Positions 23,535 through 32,000 of a stretch of DNA of 32,000 bases are shown here, one piece after another. Within the stretch, counting starts at the first letter, position 1. Each line of letters starts with the position of its first letter. Made by a program: the position numbers and the translations under genes. Under the pieces are notes generated by a model, which did no database searches, was not told the origin of the DNA, and saw only the letters and a program-made list of their open reading frames with translations. The stretch comes from an uncultured Planctomycetia bacterium (lineage in GTDB: Bacteria; Omnitrophota; Gorgyraeia; Duberdicusellales; 4484-171), in contig CAZHYN010000007.1 in assembly GCA_964536865.1 (NCBI GenBank), forward strand, positions 1 through 32,000, read 5' to 3'.

Positions 23535-25259
23535 TTATTTCTTCAACCACTTCAGAAGTTTATCCAGAGACCAACAATTTAAAACATCTTCCTTCTCCAG
23601 CCATCCTCTTCTTGCTACATTTACTCCTAAATCCATAGTAAGCATCTGATCAAGAATGTGCGCATCTGTTCCTAAAGCAATCTTTACTTTCTTTGTTCGT
23701 GCACGCATACAGTTTATATCATTTAAATCCAACCTCTGAGGGAAACAGTTAAGTTCCAGAGCAACTTGATAATCTCTGGCCACTTTGAATATCTCGTCAA
23801 GATCAATTTCATAAGAATCTCTCACACCAAAAAGTCTTCCTGTAGGATGAGCAATAATATGAACATATTTATTTTTGCAAGCACTTACTATTCTCTTGGT
23901 AAGCTGATGCTGGGACTGTTTAAATCCTGAATGGATAGCAGCAATGACTAAATCCAACTCCTTCAAAACACTATCAGGATAATCAAGACTTCCATCGTTT
24001 AAAATATCTACTTCTGTCCCGCATAGAACTTTTACTTTTTTAAGCTGGCGATTGATTTTTCTTACTTCTTCAATCTTATTATAAACGTCTTTTATAGAAA
24101 CTCCTCCTGCCACTTTAAGTCCTTGAGAATGATCACAAATCCCTACATATTGGTAACCCATTTTCTCTGCATAGATAGCTATATCTCTTATAGTAGATGT
24201 TCCATCACTATACTTAGAATGAACATGCAAATCACCTTTAATATCTTTTCTATCTATAATTTTAGGCAGTTTATTTTTTAAAGCTAACTCTACTTCTCCT
24301 CTATCCTCTCTTAACTCAGGAGCAATGAAAGGCATCTTAAAGAGTTTAAAGATTTCCTCCTCAGTTCTACCTGCTATCTTTTTCTCTTTACCTTTAGTTA
24401 AAGTAAACACTCCATACTCATTTATCTTATAACCATCTTTGATAGCCAATTGCCTTAACTTTATATTAAATGCTTTGGAACCAGTAAAGTACATAAGTGC
24501 TGATCCAAAACTTTCTCTATCTACTACCCTTAAATCAACTTGGATTTCATTCTCACCTGCTCTCACTGAGGACTTTGTTTCTCCCTTAGCAAGAACCTCT
24601 CTAACATAACTTAAACTCACGAACTTATCCATAACTTTAGGTGGATTTTTAGAAACTATAAGAATATCTATATCTCTTATCGTCTCTCTTCTTCTCCTTA
24701 CAGAACCAGCTACTTCGATTTTTTCTACCTCCTTCATCTGTTTTAAAGGTTGTAAAAAACCCTCTGCTATCTTTAAAGCGAGATAAAGGGGTGTCCTTTC
24801 TCTTCCTTTTTTTAGAAGACCGATGCCTTTTAAAATATTCTCCTCAGTTTTTTCTCTTATGCCATCTAACTTTCTTAATTTACCACTTTTAGCAGCCTCT
24901 TCTAACTTTCCTATAGAATCTATCTTAAGTTTCTCATAAATAAGCTTTACTGTCTTGGATCCTAAGCCAGGTATCTCCATCATTTCCAATAAGCCCTTAG
25001 GCACCTCTTTTTTTAACTTCTCATATTGAGTCAGCGTACCTGTCTTGATTATCTCCTTTATCTTATTAGCTAAGTCTTGGCCTATACCGGGAAGAGAAGT
25101 AAGCTTATTCTCTTTAGTAAGAGCCTCTACATCTTGGGCAAGGCTCTCTATATTCTGAGCCGCTTTCTCATAGGCTCTAATTCGAAAAGGATTTTCTCCT
25201 TTAAGTTCTAAGAGCTTAGCAATCTCTCTAAAAATATCAGCTACAAGCTTATTCTTCAT
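23535..25259 (-). CDS. polX: DNA polymerase / 3'-5' exonuclease PolX (Pol-beta-like core plus PHP domain)
   Basis: 574 aa. HhH motifs (LPGIGQDLA, IPGLGSKT), nucleotidyltransferase GSVRRRRETIRDIDIL, and a C-terminal PHP domain (GDLHVHSKYSDG...). Confidence 0.92.
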   Translation of the reverse strand: MKNKLVADIFREIAKLLELKGENPFRIRAYEKAAQNIESLAQDVEALTKENKLTSLPGIGQDLANKIKEIIKTGTLTQYEKLKKEVPKGLLEMMEIPGLGSKTVKLIYEKLKIDSIGKLEEAAKSGKLRKLDGIREKTEENILKGIGLLKKGRERTPLYLALKIAEGFLQPLKQMKEVEKIEVAGSVRRRRETIRDIDILIVSKNPPKVMDKFVSLSYVREVLAKGETKSSVRAGENEIQVDLRVVDRESFGSALMYFTGSKAFNIKLRQLAIKDGYKINEYGVFTLTKGKEKKIAGRTEEEIFKLFKMPFIAPELREDRGEVELALKNKLPKIIDRKDIKGDLHVHSKYSDGTSTIRDIAIYAEKMGYQYVGICDHSQGLKVAGGVSIKDVYNKIEEVRKINRQLKKVKVLCGTEVDILNDGSLDYPDSVLKELDLVIAAIHSGFKQSQHQLTKRIVSACKNKYVHIIAHPTGRLFGVRDSYEIDLDEIFKVARDYQVALELNCFPQRLDLNDINCMRARTKKVKIALGTDAHILDQMLTMDLGVNVARRGWLEKEDVLNCWSLDKLLKWLKK

Positions 25260-25702
25260 GTCTTAATAAACTTAAGGTTTAAAGGATATGAAGCAGAAAC
25301 TTTGTTCTTAATCCCTCCTCGTATAGTGAAATCTCCTATAACTAAAATTTCATAGGGCGTTATAACTTTTTTTAAATCTACCAGAATTTTATTTACTGCA
25401 TGCTCATTATAAATTTTAACGTTGCGGTAAGCGTAAAGATAGTACTTTAAAGACTTAAGCTCTATCAATTTCTTTTTAGGTACATACTTTATAGTAAGTC
25501 TAGCGAAATCAGGAAGTTCTGAGAAAGGACAAAGAGATGTAAATTCATCGGTAGTAAGCTCTATCACGATTTTACGTTGAGGATAAAGGTAATCAATTGT
25601 CTTAAGAATTGAGGTATCTATATCTTGAGGAAGAAACGTTTGGGCTTGCGTTTTCTTTGCTTTTTTTTCTATTTCTGATTCCTTCCTATCTGGATAAATC
25701 AT
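25256..25702 (-). CDS. queF: NADPH-dependent 7-cyano-7-deazaguanine (preQ0) reductase, unimodular type
   Basis: 148 aa. Catalytic-Cys segment EFTSLCPFSELPDFA and QueF motif ELKSLKYYLYAYRN. 4-nt overlaps on both sides. Confidence 0.9.
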   Translation of the reverse strand: MIYPDRKESEIEKKAKKTQAQTFLPQDIDTSILKTIDYLYPQRKIVIELTTDEFTSLCPFSELPDFARLTIKYVPKKKLIELKSLKYYLYAYRNVKIYNEHAVNKILVDLKKVITPYEILVIGDFTIRGGIKNKVSASYPLNLKFIKT

Positions 25703-26427
25703 TGCAGATAAAGATTACTAAATAGATTAAAATTTAAATGGTGCGTAAGAAATCCATTTAAAATATTTAAAATTTCTTCCTCATCATCGGAACTAGGTTC
25801 TATCCTGAGTACCAGGGGAAAATCTGTTCTTTGAATATAAGAAATAATAGCCACTACTGAAGAACTGATAGAATAAGCATCGGAATAAAAAACTCGACAT
25901 TTCCCACAAAGGAGCCCTCCACAAGAAATACTAAAAGAAAAACCGTGATATAAGTTCTTATGGCATCTAATGCATTTAGTAAATTCTGGTTTGAATCCAC
26001 AAAAAGTTAAGAACTTAATAAAAAAAATACACAACAGTTTCGTAGGACGATAATGAGCAAAAGATAATAGAGAATCTCTAAGGAGGGAAAATACCGAAGG
26101 ATTTTTGCTCCAGAGAGGAAGGGTTTTGTCAATAACTTCTATAAATTTACAAGCAATAGAATTTTTCTCTAGATCTTCCCTTAAAAATGGAAAATCTTCA
26201 ATTAAATCAGCGAATGATATGAGCCACAAAGTAGACCTCTTAGGATAGAAGACAAACTCATTGTAGGTGAAAATGTCCATCGAAGAAGAAAACTCCTTTT
26301 TAAGAGTGTAAAAACCTTTTAAAATACCATTAATTTTACCAAACCTTTGGGTAAATACAGTAACAATTAAACTTGTTTCTCTAAAATCAATCCTTTTAAG
26401 TACAAATCCAAAATCTTTAGCAATCAT
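25699..26427 (-). CDS. recO: DNA repair protein RecO
   Basis: 242 aa. N-terminal OB fold (VLKRIDFRETSLIVTVFT) and a central Cys4 zinc motif (CIRCH...CGKC). Confidence 0.85.
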   Translation of the reverse strand: MIAKDFGFVLKRIDFRETSLIVTVFTQRFGKINGILKGFYTLKKEFSSSMDIFTYNEFVFYPKRSTLWLISFADLIEDFPFLREDLEKNSIACKFIEVIDKTLPLWSKNPSVFSLLRDSLLSFAHYRPTKLLCIFFIKFLTFCGFKPEFTKCIRCHKNLYHGFSFSISCGGLLCGKCRVFYSDAYSISSSVVAIISYIQRTDFPLVLRIEPSSDDEEEILNILNGFLTHHLNFNLFSNLYLQ

Positions 26428-26842
26428 TTTCTAAAAAAAGTAAAACCTCTTCTTCTTTTTTCTGCATCTTTCTTCTTTCCCTTAAACTTTTATCTCTATA
26501 CCCTAAAAGATGAAGTATCCCATGAGTAATACAAAGAAAAAGCTCTCTTTTAAAAGAAGTACGATATAATTTAGTGTTCTCAACAACCTTTTCTACAGAA
26601 ACAATCACTTCACCTAAGAGGTCATCTGGATATTTGTCTGCTAAGAAGAACGCAATAACGTCAGTAGGAATATTTTTTTTAAGATACTTTGCATTTAACT
26701 TCTTTATTAAATCGTTACTACAAAATGCTAAGTTAACTTCTTTTTGAACATTCAAAAAACGTAAAATTTTCTCAACCTTTCTTCTAATATCTCTTAGATT
26801 AACTTTCTTTCTGGTTTGGAGATTTTTTATTCGAATTCTCAT
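26417..26842 (-). CDS. ybeY: rRNA maturation endoribonuclease YbeY
   Basis: 141 aa. TDVIAF and metal-binding HGILHLLGYRD motifs. Confidence 0.92.
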   Translation of the reverse strand: MRIRIKNLQTRKKVNLRDIRRKVEKILRFLNVQKEVNLAFCSNDLIKKLNAKYLKKNIPTDVIAFFLADKYPDDLLGEVIVSVEKVVENTKLYRTSFKRELFLCITHGILHLLGYRDKSLRERRKMQKKEEEVLLFLENDC

Positions 26843-28184
26843 CCTTAGGATAATTTACCCGGGTATGAAATATAGCATTCAAAATGCGTATAAAACTCTG
26901 AGTTATACGCTCTAAATCTCTAAGGGTAAGACTGCTCTCGTCTAACTCTCCTTCCATAAACTTTTTTCTTATCACCTCCCTTACCATCTCTTCCACTCGA
27001 GAAGGTGTGGGTTCTTCTAATGTACGGGAAAGAGCCTCAACAGTGTCTGCCAAAGCTACAATCGCTACTTCTTTAGATTGAGGACGTGGTCCAGGATAAC
27101 GATACTCCTCTTTGTGTTCTTTATCGGGCTCTAGTTCCTTAGCTCTTTGATAGAAGTAGTAAACTAGAGTTCTACCGTGATGCTGTTGAATGAAATCTAT
27201 TATTCGAGGGTTAAGATGATACTTCTTTGCTAACTCTACACCTTCTCTCACATGATTTATGATAATTAACTTACTTATGGAAGGCTTTAGTCTTTTGTGA
27301 ACATCACGGTAGGGAGTTTGATTCTCTACAAAATAGTGGGGTTTAATAACTTTACCTATGTCATGATAGTATGCTCCTACTCTAGCTAAGAGGGAATTCG
27401 CTCCAATCGCTTCAGCAGCTGCTTCCGCTAGATTAGCTACCACCAACGAGTGCTGATAAGTTCCTGGTGCTTCTAAAATCATTCTTCTCAAGAGAGGATG
27501 ATTAAAATCAGACAGCTCTAGCAATGATATATTGGTTACTACCTTAAAAATGAATTCAAATATAGGAAGAATACCGATAACTACAATGGAAGATACAACT
27601 CCGTTAATAAGACAAATTCTGAGAAGGTCTAAGTTGAGAGAGGAAATGCTAAATCCTGCTTGAGAATTTTCTATCGTAAAAGCTATAAAAAATTGAATAA
27701 AACCAGCAATTGCTCCTGCTCGTATAATCTGCAATCTTCTCCTTAAGCGATAACTTAAAAGGGCCGTAGATAAAGATGCACAAAACAAAGAAATACCTAC
27801 ATCGAAACTTCCTCCCTGCATGCTTGCAGAGAGATAAGAAATAAATATGGAGAATAAAAGCGATAGCTCTAAATTATCAAATAAAAAAGTGACTAACATT
27901 ATAAAACCAATAGCAGGAATAGCATAACCCGATTGCCTAAAAGTTACCGTAGTTAAAAAGGCAATTATCACCCCAATGCTTATTAAAAGAAGCAAATCTA
28001 TATAGAAAGGTAAATTTTCTATCTTCCTAAAAAATTTAGCATAGACAAAAAGAAGGAGAGCAAGAATAAGAGGAGAAAAATCTATACTATATAGATAAAA
28101 AACAAAACCACTTATTAAGAAAAAACTAGCAGAAAGAGATATGGTTCCTAAATGAAATTTACTCTTTTTCGTAAAAATCTTCAT
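26799..28184 (-). CDS. pgpH: 7TM-HD (HDIG) membrane phosphohydrolase, PgpH-like, lacking the large extracellular domain
   Basis: 461 aa. About 7-8 TM helices in residues 10-215, then an HD domain (HSLVVANLAEA..., GAYYHDIGK). It sits between phoH and ybeY, as in the Bacillus phoH-yqfF-ybeY cluster. Confidence 0.8.
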   Translation of the reverse strand: MKIFTKKSKFHLGTISLSASFFLISGFVFYLYSIDFSPLILALLLFVYAKFFRKIENLPFYIDLLLLISIGVIIAFLTTVTFRQSGYAIPAIGFIMLVTFLFDNLELSLLFSIFISYLSASMQGGSFDVGISLFCASLSTALLSYRLRRRLQIIRAGAIAGFIQFFIAFTIENSQAGFSISSLNLDLLRICLINGVVSSIVVIGILPIFEFIFKVVTNISLLELSDFNHPLLRRMILEAPGTYQHSLVVANLAEAAAEAIGANSLLARVGAYYHDIGKVIKPHYFVENQTPYRDVHKRLKPSISKLIIINHVREGVELAKKYHLNPRIIDFIQQHHGRTLVYYFYQRAKELEPDKEHKEEYRYPGPRPQSKEVAIVALADTVEALSRTLEEPTPSRVEEMVREVIRKKFMEGELDESSLTLRDLERITQSFIRILNAIFHTRVNYPKDENSNKKSPNQKES

Positions 28185-29103
28185 AAGCTTGAATTATCTT
28201 CTGAATTAAAGGATGCCTAACCACATCTTTCTTGGTAAGGTAGACAAATTTTATCCCTTTTATAGGTTTTAAAATTTTTACTGCCTCCATTAATCCAATA
28301 GGTTTTCCCCCTGGCAGGTCACTTTGAGTGATATCTCCTGTAATTACTGTTTTTGAATCAAATCCTAAACGAGTAAGAAACATCTTAAGTTGCTCAGAAG
28401 TGCAGTTTTGTGCCTCATCTAAAATGATGAAAGCATTATTTAGAGTCCTTCCCCTCATGTAGGCTAAAGGAGCAATCTCAATAACTCCTGTCTCTAAGTA
28501 CTCCTCAATAGTATCCGGCTCCATCATATCGTATAAGGCATCGTAAAGAGGTCTTAAGTAAGGACCTAATTTCTGGTACATATCACCGGGGAGAAAACCT
28601 AAAGATTCCCCTGCTTCAATTGCTGGACGGGTTAAAATTATCCTACTTACTTTTTGATTGGTAAGGTAATTTACTGCATAGGCCATAGCTAAATAGGTCT
28701 TTCCTGTACCTGCAGGTCCGATGGCAAAAGTTATATCGTAATCCTTCATCGCTAGGAGATACTTTTTCTGCCCCTCAGTTTTGGGAAAAACGAACCTTTT
28801 CTTAGAAGAAGGAACCTTTATTCTAAATGACTGCAAATAATTATCTAAATCTATAGCTGAAGAAAAATTTAACTCTAACTCCTTAGGAGTAAAAACGATA
28901 CCTCTTTTAAAAAGCTCATACATCTTATCAAGTAAACTACCTACTTTTTCTACTTGTTTTTCTTCTCCCTTTACTGAAATACCTTCGCTCCTTAGAATAA
29001 TCTGGACCTTAAATTTTTCTTCCAGTTCTTTAACGTTCTTATCTCCTACACCAAAGAGTGACTTTATAAACTCGTTATCCTTAATCTTTATAAGTTTCTC
29101 CAT
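28159..29103 (-). CDS. phoH: PhoH-family ATPase (YbeZ-like)
   Basis: 314 aa. Walker A GPAGTGKTY and Walker B ILDEAQN, with an N-terminal KH-like segment. Confidence 0.92.
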   Translation of the reverse strand: MEKLIKIKDNEFIKSLFGVGDKNVKELEEKFKVQIILRSEGISVKGEEKQVEKVGSLLDKMYELFKRGIVFTPKELELNFSSAIDLDNYLQSFRIKVPSSKKRFVFPKTEGQKKYLLAMKDYDITFAIGPAGTGKTYLAMAYAVNYLTNQKVSRIILTRPAIEAGESLGFLPGDMYQKLGPYLRPLYDALYDMMEPDTIEEYLETGVIEIAPLAYMRGRTLNNAFIILDEAQNCTSEQLKMFLTRLGFDSKTVITGDITQSDLPGGKPIGLMEAVKILKPIKGIKFVYLTKKDVVRHPLIQKIIQAYEDFYEKE

Positions 29104-29118
29104 TCTCTCCCTCTACGA

Positions 29119-29661
29119 TTAATCTTTTAAGGGAATTTTTATAACTATTCCTGGATAAATCTTATCAGGATTCTTAATTATATCCTTATTTTCCTCATAA
29201 ATTACTGGCCATTTCTTCGTCGTTCCATAGAATTTTTTAGATATCTTTTGGAGAGTGTCATTTTCTTTAACTTTATAAGTAGTATATCTAGAGATAACTT
29301 TTTGTTGAGGTATAGCTAACTTAGATTCCTGCTTACCTTCTTGAGGTTTTTGTTCAATAACTTCTTCTTCCAAAATAGTCTCTTCTAGAGAAGGACTTTC
29401 AGAAGGAGGTTTCAGCTCTTCCTCCTTAGACGCAGGAGGAATAAAGGTCTCCTTGGGTTGATGAGGACCTAATTCTACTTCAAATACAATGAATGTCCTG
29501 GCAGTCTTAGAAGGTGTAGGTCTCTTCTTTGGTGTACCTATCAGGTATCCTTGATTACCTTTAATATCCAAATCTCTCCTCGGCTTCTGGATAGTATAAG
29601 TTCTTATCAAACATCCACTAAATACCCCTACCACTAATAAAAGTGGTAATATCCTTTTCAT
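29119..29661 (-). CDS. LysM-domain lipoprotein
   Basis: 180 aa. Lipobox VFSGC, a Pro/Glu-rich linker, and a C-terminal LysM (YKVKENDTLQKISKKFYG...IYPGIVIKIP). Its ATG shares one base with the aspS stop (TAATG). Confidence 0.8.
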   Translation of the reverse strand: MKRILPLLLVVGVFSGCLIRTYTIQKPRRDLDIKGNQGYLIGTPKKRPTPSKTARTFIVFEVELGPHQPKETFIPPASKEEELKPPSESPSLEETILEEEVIEQKPQEGKQESKLAIPQQKVISRYTTYKVKENDTLQKISKKFYGTTKKWPVIYEENKDIIKNPDKIYPGIVIKIPLKD

Positions 29662-31046
29662 TATTCACCTCCTTTTTCCATCAAATCAATATATAACTCC
29701 TTCAATTGAGTTTCTTCCACAGGGGAAGGAGCTTGCGTGAGAAGACAAATTCCTTTTTGTGTCTTAGGAAAAGCAATCACCTCACGAATACTTTCAGAGT
29801 TAGTAATCAAAGTGTAAAGTCTATCTAATCCAAAAGCAATACCTCCATGGGGGGGAGCACCAAATTCTAAAGCACGAAGGAAAAAACCAAAATTCTCCTC
29901 CACTTCTTGAGAGGTTATCCCTAATAAAAAAAAGATCTTTTTTTGAAGAGATAAAGAATTTACTCTTATCGAACCACTGGCTACTTCTACTCCATTTAGA
30001 ACTAAGTCATATGCTCGAGCTTTTACTTTACTCATATCTTTATCTAAAAATTCTATATCCTCTTCTTTAGGAGCAGTAAAAGGGTGATGATTTGATTTCC
30101 ATCTCTTTTCTTCTTGGCTATATTCAAAAAGAGGGAAATCATAAACCCATAAAAATCGAAATTTTCCCTCACCTATATCCGGTTTATCACAGGAATATTT
30201 ATTAATAGCTTCCTGATAACTTATACGAGGAAAGGGAATTTTAATTTCCACATTCAAAACATCTTTAAAAGTGTAAACAAGCATTTCCTCTACTAAAGAG
30301 AATATATCTTCCTCATCTATAAAAGAAGCTTCGATATCCAGTTGAGTAAATTCTGGCTGTCTGTCTTTTCTTAAATCTTCATCACGAAAGCATCTCACTA
30401 TCTGATAGTACTTATCAATCCCTGAAACCATCAGAATCTGTTTAAACAGTTGAGGAGATTGAGGAAGAGCATAGAATTTATTAGGGTTTAACCGCGAAGG
30501 AACTAAAAAATCTCTAGCCCCCTCAGGAGTGGATTTAGAAAGATAAGGAGTCTCTATCTCTATAAAACCCTTTTTATGCAAAAATTCTCTAAATTTGTAG
30601 TTAAACCTACTCCTTAAAATGAATTTCTCTAATACAGAAGGACGACGAAGATCAAGATAACGATAATAAAGCCTTATCTCCTCAGAAACATCAATATTTT
30701 CTTCTATAGAAAAAGGCAACTCCCCAGAAGAAGCAAGAATGTCCAGTTTCTCCACCAAGACTTCGATCTCTCCAGTAGTAATTTTAGGATTTTCTGTGCC
30801 CTGAGGACGCCTATTAACTACTCCCCTTACTTTCACCACATCTTCATTCTTTAAACTTTTTGCTTTTTTATAAGTATTACTATATGGTTTAGGAGTGAAT
30901 ACTAACTGAGTTAAACCATATCTATCTCTTAAATCAATGAAAATTATCTTCCCATGGTCACGACGACTATGAACCCACCCACAGAGACTAACTTCCCTCT
31001 CTATATCTTTGTGAGTTAACTCTCCACAGGTATGAGTCCTTAACAT
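29661..31046 (-). CDS. aspS: Aspartate--tRNA ligase, bacterial-type sequence but without the GAD insertion domain
   Basis: 461 aa. OB anticodon-binding N-domain plus class II motifs (QSPQLFKQILMVSG, FRDEDLRKDRQPEFTQLDIE, GLDRL). DKPDIGEGKFRFLWVYDFPLFE joins the two segments that flank the roughly 130-aa GAD domain in E. coli AspRS. Confidence 0.9.
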   Translation of the reverse strand: MLRTHTCGELTHKDIEREVSLCGWVHSRRDHGKIIFIDLRDRYGLTQLVFTPKPYSNTYKKAKSLKNEDVVKVRGVVNRRPQGTENPKITTGEIEVLVEKLDILASSGELPFSIEENIDVSEEIRLYYRYLDLRRPSVLEKFILRSRFNYKFREFLHKKGFIEIETPYLSKSTPEGARDFLVPSRLNPNKFYALPQSPQLFKQILMVSGIDKYYQIVRCFRDEDLRKDRQPEFTQLDIEASFIDEEDIFSLVEEMLVYTFKDVLNVEIKIPFPRISYQEAINKYSCDKPDIGEGKFRFLWVYDFPLFEYSQEEKRWKSNHHPFTAPKEEDIEFLDKDMSKVKARAYDLVLNGVEVASGSIRVNSLSLQKKIFFLLGITSQEVEENFGFFLRALEFGAPPHGGIAFGLDRLYTLITNSESIREVIAFPKTQKGICLLTQAPSPVEETQLKELYIDLMEKGGE

Positions 31047-31051
31047 AACCC

Positions 31052-32000
31052 TTAAGAAATAAAAAAATCAAGTATACGAGAATACTCCACAGTTTTTTGA
31101 TAAGATTTTTTCATATCCCTTACTATTAAATAACCTTGTTTTATCTCCTCATCGCCTACGATAATAACAAAATCCGCGCCTGCTTTTTCAGCGCCGCGTA
31201 ATTGACCCTTAAGAGACCTTTCTTTATAGCTGATATCTGAAGAAATCTTATTTTCTCGGAGGATATTCAATAACTTGTAAGCTTGGGGGTAAACATTGGG
31301 TGAAGTATAAGCTACAAAAACTAAAACTTTAGGGACAAGATTGGGTTTCTTTAGAAGTAATAACATTCTCTCCAGACCTAAGGCAAAACCTATTGCTGGA
31401 ATAGATGGTCCTCCTAAATTCTTTACCAGATCATTATATCGTCCTCCTGCTCCACAAGCATCTTGACTCCCCAATTGCTTATGAACTAGCTCAAACACAG
31501 TATTGGTGTAGTAATCTAATCCCCTCACCAAAGTAGGTTGGTATAAAAAGTTAATTCCTAACTCCTCTAGAAGTGAAAGAATTCTTTTAAAATGAGAAAA
31601 GCATTCACTACATAGGAATCTATTTGAAATGTCTAAATGACTTACTACTTTTCTACAACTTTCTCTTTTACAATCAAGAACTCTTAAGGGGTTAGTTTTT
31701 AATCTCTTTTGACATAGAGGGCATAGCTTACTTCTATAAGAAGTTAACTCTTTCTTCAAAAAATTAATAAGATTAACTTTATCTTGATGGCATCCTAAGC
31801 TGTTCACCTTTAGTTCGATATCTTTTATTCCACATTCCTGAAGAATAGATAAAGCAAGTTTGATTACTTCTACATCTAAGTAAGGACTGTTAGAACCAAA
31901 TGCTTCACAACCTATATGGTAGAACTGACGTAAGCGCCCCTTTTGAGGTCTTTCCCCTCTGAACATTGGTCCAATATAAAAAAACTTGTAAAAATCTTTC
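31052..32000 (-). CDS. hisS: Histidine--tRNA ligase (N-terminus beyond window edge)
   Basis: The reading frame stays open to position 32000 (KDFYKFFYIGPMFRGERPQKGRLRQF is motif 2). The Met at 31966 in the ORF track is internal. Motif 3 (GGRYD, GFALGLERM) and a C-terminal anticodon-binding domain are present. Confidence 0.92.
   Translation of the reverse strand, partial: KDFYKFFYIGPMFRGERPQKGRLRQFYHIGCEAFGSNSPYLDVEVIKLALSILQECGIKDIELKVNSLGCHQDKVNLINFLKKELTSYRSKLCPLCQKRLKTNPLRVLDCKRESCRKVVSHLDISNRFLCSECFSHFKRILSLLEELGINFLYQPTLVRGLDYYTNTVFELVHKQLGSQDACGAGGRYNDLVKNLGGPSIPAIGFALGLERMLLLLKKPNLVPKVLVFVAYTSPNVYPQAYKLLNILRENKISSDISYKERSLKGQLRGAEKAGADFVIIVGDEEIKQGYLIVRDMKKSYQKTVEYSRILDFFIS

Noticed and set aside
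1-32000. CRISPR arrays, insertion sequences, prophage or defence-island content
   Set aside because: There are no regularly spaced direct repeats and no transposase, integrase, RT, nuclease-helicase or restriction-type ORFs. Every ORF above 90 aa is accounted for by housekeeping or envelope functions.

Overview
AT-rich (about one-third G+C by eye), very gene-dense bacterial chromosomal segment. The host is a diderm: lpxB, an MsbA-like exporter, lipobox lipoproteins and a beta-barrel OMP ending in Phe are all present. I support 33 CDS (hisS is cut by the right window edge) and 2 tRNAs (Lys-UUU, Arg-CCU). I also call several sigma-70-type promoters and a few intrinsic terminators. There is no CRISPR array and no transposase, integrase or phage gene, so most of the window is core housekeeping. 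From the left: rpsB-tsf-pyrH-frr-tRNA-Lys, then msbA divergent from a Gfo/Idh/MocA-lpxB pair. From 32000 down to 16236 runs a nearly gapless minus-strand gene train: hisS-aspS-LysM-phoH-pgpH-ybeY-recO-queF-polX-apbE-panB-glyQS-ppdK-sigma70-apt-tRNA-Arg. The least ordinary part is 10.1-16.2 kb. The best candidate for something undescribed is a two-gene cassette at 10549-12257. It pairs a single-pass membrane protein with a translationally coupled Soj/ParA-type ATPase, which carries a C-terminal CBM48 / AMPK-beta glycogen-binding-like domain with the sugar-contacting residues conserved. Other points worth a second look:
- a 427-bp hairpin-dense convergent intergenic region with mutually exclusive pairings (12258-12684)
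- a duplicated tRNA-Lys 3' end bracketing a structured 235-bp spacer (138-399)
- a bacterial-type AspRS that precisely lacks the GAD insertion domain
- a minimal EF-Ts
- a GnnA-like dehydrogenase coupled to lpxB
- an orphan AmmeMemoRadiSam radical SAM gene
- promoters placed so that several operon-first genes would be leaderless
All functional calls come from reading motifs by eye. No database search was run.
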